Origin: an uncultured Alphaproteobacteria bacterium
GTDB lineage: Bacteria > Pseudomonadota > Alphaproteobacteria > Methylaequorales > Methylaequoraceae
Assembly: GCA_902524895.1 (NCBI GenBank)
Contig: CABZFH010000004.1
Span: forward strand, 66,987-130,986
Direction: 5' to 3'
Length of the DNA: 64,000 bases
This document shows positions 19,331-27,432 of the stretch, in pieces; position 1 is the stretch's first letter, and each line of letters opens with the position of its first letter. The translations under genes and the position numbers were made by a program. The notes under the pieces were generated by a model. That model saw only the letters and a program-made list of their open reading frames with translations, was not told where the DNA came from and did no database searches.

Positions 19331-20779
19331 TTAAAGTTTTAAAATTTCTTTTATAATTGAACTAAAATTATACTTAATTTTTCTTTTAAACTCAAATTCG
19401 TCTATGTCACCGATTAAAAGCTTTGCAGACCAATACTTAGCATTTACTAAACTGTCTATCCATTCATCTATAGAATTTTTCATTATTAAGTTATAGATAA
19501 AACAGTCTTTATTTTGAGAGATTCTATGAATTCTATCTTGTGCTTGAAGGTAATCGTCCAAACTTAAAGTTCTATCATAAAAAATACAGTGATTAGCCAC
19601 TGTTAATGTTAAACCCTCCTTAGATGATTGAGGAGTAGCAATTATAATTTTTAAATCATCGTTATTCTTGAATTTTTCAATAGAGCTGTTTCGCTGTTCT
19701 ATAGTTTGTCTACCATGAAGCTCTAGTGGTTTATATTGGCTTAGCACTTTAAACAACCAATAAATGTTCTTAAGATAGGCTGACCAAATAATAAGTTTTT
19801 CTCCGTTAGCTATAATTTTATTTATTATTTTCAAAAGTGATTTAAATTTTCCAGGCTTATTATTATAACTATCATCAATTAAAAAAGGGTTACTAGTTAT
19901 TTGAATCAATCTTATAATTCTTTTAAGAATTGGCTCAGCGTCTTCTTCAACTTTTTTTCCAGATTTTTGGATAAAGATTCTAAATTCCTCTTTTAATTCT
20001 AAATATTTTAAATGTTGATTGTGTTCCCAGTCTGTTTGAACATTTATAAAGTGTTTTTTTGGCAACTTGACTCCACTTTTTTCTTTGGTCTCCCTGACTG
20101 TAAAGTGGCTTATTTTTTCAAAAATTAAAGTTAGGTTATTAGAAAATCTAAGTTGTGCATTTTGGTCATTTTGAAGCTTATTATTTAAATCAAATTTTTT
20201 TTTAAATGACTCAAAATCGTAACCAAGAGCTCTACCATCATCTAAAAATTTAATCTGTGACCAAATATCATAAGGCCTGTTTGCAGAGGGAGTTCCTGTC
20301 ATAATACATTTTTTTTTAAAAGAATTTGATATTTCTAAAAAATTTTGAGTCAATTTACTTAATGGATTTTTTATTTTTGCAGACTCATCTAATATAATTC
20401 CAACTTCATTGTTCAAAGCCAGCTTTTCAATTCTTGGTCTTTCAAGATTAATAACCTCAAAATTTGCTAATAAAAAATTAACATTAGCAAAAAAAAGATC
20501 AGAATTATTTTCAATATTCTGTGATAAAATCCCATAGCTTAAATGACTGTGTTTAGCAATTTCATCTGTCCAATTTTTTATTAAACCTTTTTTAGTAAAA
20601 ACAATGACTTTTGATAAAATTTGATTTTTTAACCAATATAAAATTAAATCAATGGCAATCTTAGACTTACCTAAACCTTGTTCTAAAAAAATAGCACAAT
20701 ACTCAAGGTCTTTAAGTTTTTCATAAGACCTGGATTGTACATCAAGTGCAGTTGAGATACTTTTAAAATAATTTTTCAT
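19331..20779 (-). CDS. SNF2-family helicase/translocase
   Basis: Motif I GLGKSKIAI, motif II ILDESAKIKN, motif III MTGTPSANRPYDIWSQIKFL, motif VI QAQDRIHRISQ. Confidence 0.8.
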   Translation of the reverse strand: MKNYFKSISTALDVQSRSYEKLKDLEYCAIFLEQGLGKSKIAIDLILYWLKNQILSKVIVFTKKGLIKNWTDEIAKHSHLSYGILSQNIENNSDLFFANVNFLLANFEVINLERPRIEKLALNNEVGIILDESAKIKNPLSKLTQNFLEISNSFKKKCIMTGTPSANRPYDIWSQIKFLDDGRALGYDFESFKKKFDLNNKLQNDQNAQLRFSNNLTLIFEKISHFTVRETKEKSGVKLPKKHFINVQTDWEHNQHLKYLELKEEFRIFIQKSGKKVEEDAEPILKRIIRLIQITSNPFLIDDSYNNKPGKFKSLLKIINKIIANGEKLIIWSAYLKNIYWLFKVLSQYKPLELHGRQTIEQRNSSIEKFKNNDDLKIIIATPQSSKEGLTLTVANHCIFYDRTLSLDDYLQAQDRIHRISQNKDCFIYNLIMKNSIDEWIDSLVNAKYWSAKLLIGDIDEFEFKRKIKYNFSSIIKEILKL

Positions 20780-21213
20780 TCTTTTATCGATTTTGAAATG
20801 ACTAAGATATCCTTAAATTCATTTATACTTTTTAAGTAACTAAAAACTCCCAAATACGAAATGCAGGGTACAGCTAAAACAAACAATGAATTTAATTTTT
20901 TTAATTGGGGTTTATTCAGAAAATCTAAGTATGTTCTTATTTGTGTATCTGCTTTATGTTTTAAAGCAACATCTCCATAATTTTTTCTCTCATAAAGCTC
21001 TGAAAATGTTTTTGCTTCCCCTATAATTAAAAAATTTAGACTATATGAAAAAGCGGCAAAATCAGGAAGCTTTGAGCCACCAGGTTGTGGTAAGTTGGCT
21101 AACCATGAGCGATCAGAGGCAGTTTGAATAAAATCATTTGAAGTTTGCAAATATTTTTTCCTGAACCATAACTGAATGTAATCAGTTAGCATGTGATGTA
21201 ATTTTGATGTCAC
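20776..21213 (-). CDS. Hypothetical protein, possible PD-(D/E)xK nuclease fold
   Basis: LPDFAAF followed 15 residues later by IIGEAKT fits D...ExK spacing. Both neighbours overlap it by 4 nt. The call is weak. Confidence 0.35.
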   Translation of the reverse strand: MTSKLHHMLTDYIQLWFRKKYLQTSNDFIQTASDRSWLANLPQPGGSKLPDFAAFSYSLNFLIIGEAKTFSELYERKNYGDVALKHKADTQIRTYLDFLNKPQLKKLNSLFVLAVPCISYLGVFSYLKSINEFKDILVISKSIKE

Positions 21214-22325
21214 TCTTCATGTATATGAGAATCAACAGCACTAGTAAGTGCCTCAAGTTCTCCTGATATTTCTTTAATTAAAAGTTGTATTTCGTGAAAA
21301 TCATTAGATTGAGCTCTTAAAGTATCCTCATCATAATAAGGTTGTAAAGCAGCTGCAAAAGCTTGCAATTCTTCGAGTAATTTTCTTTTTATAGAAGGAG
21401 ATTTATCTTTATCTTGTTTTCTTTCATTAATAAATTCTTGAATTAGTGGAGTAGCATCTTTTTGAAACTGCTTGGATAGAAACCTTTTTCTATAACTTGG
21501 TTTTTCAAACATTCTTGCTAACGGAGCTACTTGTCTAGCGTTTACCAACTTACCTGTTCTAACAGCCTTTGCAAATTCAATATCATCAAATTCTGGCTCA
21601 AATTTTGACTTATATTTGTTATATTCTTCAAAAAAAGCAAATAATTGTGGAGTGAAAGGTTTAGGTCCTTCAATGCATTCTTCGTGGTTTTGGTCAAAAA
21701 ACTTTTTTACTCTTTCCATATGATTAAATGCATTAATCCTTAATTCTAAACTCCCTCTTGCAGCACTACTTCCGCATTTAGCAAGTATTTGTTCATATTG
21801 AACAGAATCTTTTTTTTTTATGTACGCTAATTTTTTTGCCCTTGAATATGGGGGCCATTCCTTAACACCGACAATATGAGCAATCGCCATAACATCCTCA
21901 AAATCATCTTCATTCTCTAAGACACAGCAGATAATTTTATTTGTCCATGGCTCAGGGTTATTCTGTGAATTTAAATCTTTGTAAATCGCAAGCCTTGTAT
22001 TACCCTCAGATACGATATATTTATATTCACCTTCAGGTTTGGGTAATTCTAAAGCATGTATTGGATTAATAATACCTTTCTTAGCTTTTATAGAGGCTTG
22101 CAATTGGGCAAAATCTGAAGTAGATGATTGCATTTTGTCAGCGTCAATCATAAAAGATAAAAGTAGTTGACATTTATCTTGAGGAATTTCATTTTCATCA
22201 TCTGGACTAATAAATATGGGAGAACTTGTAGCACTTGTTTCAAGACTTTGTCCAAAAAAGCGAGGATTCTTAGGATTGAACTTTATTTCTTTTATTGGAA
22301 TATTTTTAACTTCTTTAATTGCCAT
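21210..22325 (-). CDS. ParB/sulfiredoxin-fold N-terminal domain protein (paralog B)
   Basis: IPIKEIKFNPKNPRFF and IVSEGNTRLAIY. Confidence 0.65.
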   Translation of the reverse strand: MAIKEVKNIPIKEIKFNPKNPRFFGQSLETSATSSPIFISPDDENEIPQDKCQLLLSFMIDADKMQSSTSDFAQLQASIKAKKGIINPIHALELPKPEGEYKYIVSEGNTRLAIYKDLNSQNNPEPWTNKIICCVLENEDDFEDVMAIAHIVGVKEWPPYSRAKKLAYIKKKDSVQYEQILAKCGSSAARGSLELRINAFNHMERVKKFFDQNHEECIEGPKPFTPQLFAFFEEYNKYKSKFEPEFDDIEFAKAVRTGKLVNARQVAPLARMFEKPSYRKRFLSKQFQKDATPLIQEFINERKQDKDKSPSIKRKLLEELQAFAAALQPYYDEDTLRAQSNDFHEIQLLIKEISGELEALTSAVDSHIHEE

Positions 22326-22335
22326 TTTTTAATTA

Positions 22336-24354
22336 TTACATAAAATTCACTCCATTGGTAATATTATTCTTGAAAACTTTTTTTCTCCCACTAACGTAAT
22401 GAAATAGTTTCATACCGTCTAGTCTTTCTGTTCTACCTACACCTCTTTTAAAAAAAAATCTCTCTTCTGGTTTAATTTTTTTTTCTTTAGCTGTTTTGGA
22501 CTCGTTATATTTTTTATAATAAATTTCAATACCATCAAAATTAGTTTGACAGTCTATTATACAAATTTTTTTATTGCTAATATGTCTGAAAATTTTTAAG
22601 TCCCATGAATTAGAATGTTCTGAACCCATAGTATCATTCAATAAATTATCGATTACTCTGAGATACTTATCATCGTCTTCATAATCATCTTCTTCAATAC
22701 CAATTATTTTTTTATCATCTGTTACTCCAATTAATACGGTCCCTCCTTTGGTGTTTAATAATGAATTCACAGCTTTTAAAGTACTAAATCTTATTACGGG
22801 GTCTTTAGGATTATTTGTCTTTAAATCTTTACTAAATGTTGATTTTAATTCTACAACTGCTGATTCATGATTATCTATCATCGCATCAATTCTGGCAGAT
22901 TCTTCTTGTCTTAATTTTGACGAATCATCTTTATCTATCGTGGTGTCATTAAAAATTTCTAGTCGTTCAAGAATAAAAGCAGCATCTTTTTCTTTAAACT
23001 TTTGTAAAGCTCCCATATTAAAACAGAGTTCTTTAATTACATTTAAATCATGAAGCTCCGAAAACTTTCCCTGTCTTAGATAAAAACTAAACGGTTGTTT
23101 ACATTTTTTTAAAAAACAAAACTCATGCTCTTTTGATAGGTTTTCGTAATTATAAAAAAAATCAAAAAATTCATCTTTAAGTTTATAAATAAAGTCATTA
23201 ATTTCTGATTCGTTAAGTAAATTTTTCTTAAACTTTTCTATTGTAGTATTTTCAAAACTTTTGATCTTCAAACATTTATCGTCAATCTCTAATGTTTTTG
23301 TAAAATGCATAAAACTTTCATATGCTTTTAATTTAATTACACTTGCATTCTTAGCTTCCTCATCAAATTCTTCCGCTATTTTATCTAATTCCTCATCTCG
23401 TTCTTTTGAAGTTTTTCCCTTAAACTCCCTGTCTAAACAAACTGCTTCCTCCCAGGGACTATTAAATTGCATTTGTAGTCTTTTTCTATAGGGAATAAAA
23501 TCATTCTTCTCATTTAATGAATCTAATAAAAGTTCTTTTTTTGATTTTTCAAGATCCCCATGAACACAGAATTGTTTTAAGACAGACAAATTATTTTTTT
23601 TTGCAAGAGCAGCAAAGTGATTTCTCCAAAGAATAGAAGAAAAATCGCCCTCTTCATCACCTTTTTGTATTGATGCAATAAATTTTTCATAAAAAATTTT
23701 TTTATTCACAGTTTGTGCCGTAAATATATCATTCAGGTCTCTAGATTTTACTAGCCATGAAATTATAGAAAACTTATTTTCATCTAGTTTATAATCATTC
23801 ATTAAATCAACAATTTGCTTGATCTGATTAATTTTCTCTGGAGTTACTTTAAATTTTTTACTCACCTTATCTATGCTGAACTTGTTTAGGAATGACACAA
23901 TGTTCAAGGCTTTTTCATAGGAAGACCAATGACTGGGAAATAAAGCTTTATTTGGAAGGCCTTCTTGGAATTTCTTTGATAATTCTTCATCAATAATTAA
24001 GCAAGGAATTCTGATAAAATGTGTGGGAAATTTTTTTTTATTTTCTAGATATCTTTTTTTAAGTTTTAATAAACTAACATATCTCCTAGCACCCTCAATA
24101 ATAAGGTATGAAGGAACAATTTCATGATTTGACCCAATAACATTAAAATCTGATAGTATAACTTTCAAAGGCTCAAAAATACCTTCATTTTCAATACTAT
24201 CCATTAAATGTTTTAATTGATTAGAATCTGATAGAATATCTATTGCTTCTTTTTGTGATGATGGAACTTTACTTGCAAATCGTGCGGAATTTAAATCAAT
24301 TTTTAATTGAAACGCATTTAGTTGCTTGTATTGAGTTTTTGAATTAAGTGTCAT
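22336..24354 (-). CDS. ParB-like domain protein (paralog C) fused to a C-terminal AlbA_2/Schlafen-type domain
   Basis: The N-terminus has YLIIEGARRYVSL. The central module is shared with paralog A. The C-terminus ESAVVELKSTF...NTKGGTVLIGVTDDKKIIGIE matches the AlbA_2 pattern E.K....GG.l.iGv.d.g.i.Gi. Confidence 0.65.
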   Translation of the reverse strand: MTLNSKTQYKQLNAFQLKIDLNSARFASKVPSSQKEAIDILSDSNQLKHLMDSIENEGIFEPLKVILSDFNVIGSNHEIVPSYLIIEGARRYVSLLKLKKRYLENKKKFPTHFIRIPCLIIDEELSKKFQEGLPNKALFPSHWSSYEKALNIVSFLNKFSIDKVSKKFKVTPEKINQIKQIVDLMNDYKLDENKFSIISWLVKSRDLNDIFTAQTVNKKIFYEKFIASIQKGDEEGDFSSILWRNHFAALAKKNNLSVLKQFCVHGDLEKSKKELLLDSLNEKNDFIPYRKRLQMQFNSPWEEAVCLDREFKGKTSKERDEELDKIAEEFDEEAKNASVIKLKAYESFMHFTKTLEIDDKCLKIKSFENTTIEKFKKNLLNESEINDFIYKLKDEFFDFFYNYENLSKEHEFCFLKKCKQPFSFYLRQGKFSELHDLNVIKELCFNMGALQKFKEKDAAFILERLEIFNDTTIDKDDSSKLRQEESARIDAMIDNHESAVVELKSTFSKDLKTNNPKDPVIRFSTLKAVNSLLNTKGGTVLIGVTDDKKIIGIEEDDYEDDDKYLRVIDNLLNDTMGSEHSNSWDLKIFRHISNKKICIIDCQTNFDGIEIYYKKYNESKTAKEKKIKPEERFFFKRGVGRTERLDGMKLFHYVSGRKKVFKNNITNGVNFM

Positions 24355-24395
24355 AAATTAATAGTATAAAATTAAATAAATAATTCAAAAAATTT
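24355..24395. promoter_or_regulatory. 41-bp divergent intergenic region that must hold the promoters of the seven-gene operon and the GxxExxY gene
   Basis: Inferred from gene geometry only. The region is pure A/T-rich (contains TATAAAAT). Confidence 0.35.
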
Positions 24396-24890
24396 ATGAA
24401 AAAATTCTTATACAAACTTGAAGATATTTCAAAAAAAGTATTTAAACAACTATCAGGACTTAAAGAAGAAGATTTTCAAACCGCTCTTGGTATTGAATTT
24501 AGAAAAAATAAAATTGACTTTATGCGTGAAGCTGGACTTGAAGTCTTCTACGATAATCATCCAATTAGTCTTCATGAACTCGACTTTCTAGTTCCTCCCT
24601 GTATGGATTTAAAAGAACCCATCATCATTGAAACAAAAGTTAATTCGGCCATAGCAGAAGATCATCGTCAACAATTGAGGAATTACCTTCGTTCAGCCGC
24701 AAAAAATGATAATGCTATCATTAAAAAAATTAAAACAGGATTAATACTTAACTTTAAAAAGAATGAAGTTTTTACCGAAAGTGTTCGTCAACGCAAAGAA
24801 ACTCAAGATATTGAGATTGAGGTATGGACATATGAAAAAAACAAGTTTACTCAACAATTCTCTAATAAAAAGATCGAAGAAAAATCCTAA
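24396..24890 (+). CDS. GxxExxY-family protein (PD-(D/E)xK nuclease superfamily)
   Basis: GLKEEDF (a GxxExxF variant), followed by LDFLV and IIIETK (D...ExK). Confidence 0.55.
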   Translation: MKKFLYKLEDISKKVFKQLSGLKEEDFQTALGIEFRKNKIDFMREAGLEVFYDNHPISLHELDFLVPPCMDLKEPIIIETKVNSAIAEDHRQQLRNYLRSAAKNDNAIIKKIKTGLILNFKKNEVFTESVRQRKETQDIEIEVWTYEKNKFTQQFSNKKIEEKS

Positions 24891-25021
24891 AATTTTTTTT
24901 TGGCCATTATGTTATACACTATAAGCCCTTACCCTACCTGCAAAAAATTAAAAAATTGATTTCAGAAAACTAATAGATTATTAATTTATCTAACAGTTTT
25001 AACTTTTATTACGAGTTATAG

Positions 25022-25300
25022 ATGAAGAATTTAAAGGGTACTGATTTCCAGAAAATGGTTTGGAATGAGATAAAAAAAATTCCCAAGGGGAAAATAATTA
25101 CATACAAAGAACTTGCTATAAAGATAGGTAAGCCGAAAGCGTATCGTGCTGTTGCTAGTGCGTGTGCTAAGAATCCGTTATTAGAAATTATTCCTTGTCA
25201 TAGAGTTATAAGAAGTGACGGTAAAATGGGTAATTATATGGGTGATAAAGGAATAGAAAGAAAGAAAAAACTACTTGAAAAAGAAGGTATAAAATTTTAG
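25022..25300 (+). CDS. Methylated-DNA-protein-cysteine methyltransferase-family protein (C-terminal DNA-binding/acceptor domain only, 92 aa)
   Basis: Active-site motif IIPCHRVIRSDG, preceded by the helix-turn-helix region TYKELAIKIGKPKAYRAVASA. Confidence 0.8.
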   Translation: MKNLKGTDFQKMVWNEIKKIPKGKIITYKELAIKIGKPKAYRAVASACAKNPLLEIIPCHRVIRSDGKMGNYMGDKGIERKKKLLEKEGIKF

Positions 25301-25310
25301 GAATACATTT

Positions 25311-25514
25311 ATGATTCAAAAAACACTTATTATCATTGGAGTTTTATTTATTCTTGTAGGGTTATTATATCCATTTTTGAGAGACATTGGATTGGGTAGA
25401 TTACCAGGTGATATTATTATTAAAAAAGAAAACTCTTCTTTTTATTTTCCAATAGTTACCTGTATTGTTGTGAGTGTAATTATTAGTTTAATACTGATGT
25501 TTTTCAGAAAATAA
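25311..25514 (+). CDS. Small two-TM membrane protein (DUF2905-like)
   Basis: 67 aa with two TM helices and an RLPGDI motif, as I remember for DUF2905. Confidence 0.55.
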   Translation: MIQKTLIIIGVLFILVGLLYPFLRDIGLGRLPGDIIIKKENSSFYFPIVTCIVVSVIISLILMFFRK

Positions 25515-25524
25515 CAGAGAAACC

Positions 25525-26148
25525 TTACTTTATTACATCAAAAATTGCATTTTCTGCAAAGTTAGTTGATCTGCAAGTTCGTGTAGGAATACTTCCTGAA
25601 ATAGGATTGATAACATTTATTGTTTGATAGCCTCCTGATACAAAACTATAAGTTTGGTTTAGTTTAGGATCATAATACCCAAGTGCATGTTGTGTTGAAA
25701 ACGTATAATTTGTATTAATACTTATTTTTGTAGATTCATTATCAATTTTTTGTATATCGATATTCATTTTTGCTTCAAGTACTGCCAATAAGCCAGTTTT
25801 AGCATAATCAATGTAAGAACCTTTGAATTCTTCACCAGTAAAAAAAAGAGTATATTCAAAATCACCACAATCTATAAAATCTTCAACTCCTTTTGAACCA
25901 AATGATAAAGTTAAAAATCCAGAATCTTTGTCTAAGTTTTCGATTTTAAAAAAAGAATCACTTACAAAATCAATTACAGAGGTCCAAGTTTCGTCAAAAT
26001 TTTTATTAATAATTACGGAATTTTTGAAATTAGTATCATCAATATTTGGTGGAACATATTTACCGATATTTTCTGTAATTTTTTCTACTTTTGTTGCACA
26101 CGAAGAAAGAAGAATTGTCATAAATAGAGATAAAAGAAATCTTTTCAT
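25525..26148 (-). CDS. Hypothetical lipoprotein
   Basis: Signal peptide with lipobox LLSSC. Confidence 0.5.
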   Translation of the reverse strand: MKRFLLSLFMTILLSSCATKVEKITENIGKYVPPNIDDTNFKNSVIINKNFDETWTSVIDFVSDSFFKIENLDKDSGFLTLSFGSKGVEDFIDCGDFEYTLFFTGEEFKGSYIDYAKTGLLAVLEAKMNIDIQKIDNESTKISINTNYTFSTQHALGYYDPKLNQTYSFVSGGYQTINVINPISGSIPTRTCRSTNFAENAIFDVIK

Positions 26149-26310
26149 CTAAATTATATATGAATCTAAATTATAAACTCAAGCAATGATAAAATATTTA
26201 ATAAGGTATTAAGTAAACTAACACATAAATCTCTCAGATTAAATTTACATTAGTTTTACTTAATTATTAATGGTATCAATAAGTAGTTTGATTTTCAAAT
26301 TTAACTGAAA

Positions 26311-26362
26311 TTTTGATTGGTAATGAATAGGTCGGGTTTTAAAGGCACTTAGCTTACACCAC
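26311..26362 (+). repeat. Decayed direct copy of the 3' half of tRNA-Thr (att-like island boundary)
   Basis: By hand alignment, 26329-26362 (AGGTCGGGTTTTAAAGGCACTTAGCTTACACCAC) matches tRNA positions 11077-11110 (AGGTCGGGTGTTCGAGTCACCCAACCGGCACCAC) at 24 of 34 positions without gaps. The first 9 and last 6 positions all match. The 14 nt upstream match at 11 of 14. Confidence 0.5.
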
Positions 26363-26756
26363 AAAGTTTATATTCATTTTAATCTACTAGTCTAGACTGA
26401 GGTAAAAAATTTATTGCTCATTTGATAGATTAACGTGGTGAATAATATTTTTAAAATTGAAGAATTCATTAGTTTTGGATTTCTAGTATTAATATTTATA
26501 ATCGTACTGTTCTTATTTTTCACTAATAGATTTTAGAATAACTTACATAAAATTAATAATAGTTTTTAGAAAATAGATGCGTAGATCCTAACTTAATTAA
26601 AAATTTATTATTATTATGATTCCCTACCTAATAGTATTCTGGTAATTTGCTCTTATAACAAAAATATTGTTCTAATTAAGTTACATTAATAAGAATATAT
26701 ATGTAACCTCCTATTTGAGAAATTCAGAAAATGAGAAATAATTAGTCATTAATAAA

Positions 26757-27119
26757 CTACTTTTTTGGCGGATATTTAACAATTATATAAATTGAAATCA
26801 AAAATCCTGAAAAATACAAAGCTAAAAAAACAGAACTGGGAAAATTAAAGAAAATTATTTTTGATAAATATTTGCTTATAAAGGTTTGATTTGTAACGAT
26901 TCCTCTTAAATCATTTTCTAAAATAGTCAAGGGGCAAATAATACCAAACAAACTTTCAATTGTAACTAATGTAATTAAGAACAAATGTGTATATCTTATT
27001 TTTTTACTACTTACCCAATTCCATTTTTTGGAATATCCATAAGGCACTAGACCAAAAAGGCTAATTATAAAAAAAACAATCAAAAAATGAATTATTAAAA
27101 TTAAATCAGCTACTAGCAT
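26757..27119 (-). CDS. Hypothetical multi-pass membrane protein (DUF2784-like)
   Basis: 120 aa with four hydrophobic helices and CPLT in helix 3. The family assignment is from memory. Confidence 0.45.
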   Translation of the reverse strand: MLVADLILIIHFLIVFFIISLFGLVPYGYSKKWNWVSSKKIRYTHLFLITLVTIESLFGIICPLTILENDLRGIVTNQTFISKYLSKIIFFNFPSSVFLALYFSGFLISIYIIVKYPPKK

Positions 27120-27130
27120 ATTTTAACAAA

Positions 27131-27424
27131 TTATATGATTTCAAGATTTCCTGCTTCATTCTTATTTATTTCTTCACCCTTTAGAATTATTTTCTTTCTT
27201 TCAATTCCTTTGTTCCTCATATATCCAACCATTTTATAATTACTTCTTATAACTTTGTATTAAGGAATGGTTAATATTTTTAGATTTTTAGTATCTGCTT
27301 TAGCTACTGCAAGATAGGCTTTTAGGTTTCCAATTTTAATTGCAATTTCTCTATAAGTGGATATTTTGCCTTTTAAAATTTTTTTAATTTGTTTCCAAAT
27401 CATTTTCTGAAAAGCTGTATCCAT
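27131..27424 (-). pseudogene. MGMT-family pseudogene, paralog of 25022..25300, with an in-frame TAA at the active-site Cys position
   Basis: Not in the ORF track. My translation is MDTAFQKMIWKQIKKILKGKISTYREIAIKIGNLKAYLAVAKADTKNLKILTIP*YKVIRSNYKMVGYMRNKGIERKKIILKGEE. It aligns with ...TDFQKMVWNEIKKIPKGKIITYKELAIKIGKPKAYRAVASACAKNPLLEIIPCHRVIRSDGKMGNYMGDKGIERKKKLLEKE. The stop lies at 27260-27262. Confidence 0.75.
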
Positions 27425-27432
27425 GGTATTTT

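Noticed and set aside
24946-24962. An exact 17-mer AATTAAAAAATTGATTT is shared between 24946-24962 (inside the island) and 47363-47379 (just after tRNA-Pro).
   Set aside because: It is low-complexity, nearly pure A/T sequence. In a ~70% A+T window many such coincidences are expected, and the flanking sequences do not align.
27260-27262. The stop codon at the MGMT active-site position as programmed recoding (selenocysteine or read-through).
   Set aside because: The codon is TAA, not TGA. No SECIS-like hairpin is evident, and several other conserved residues in the same domain are also degraded. Plain pseudogenisation is the simpler reading.
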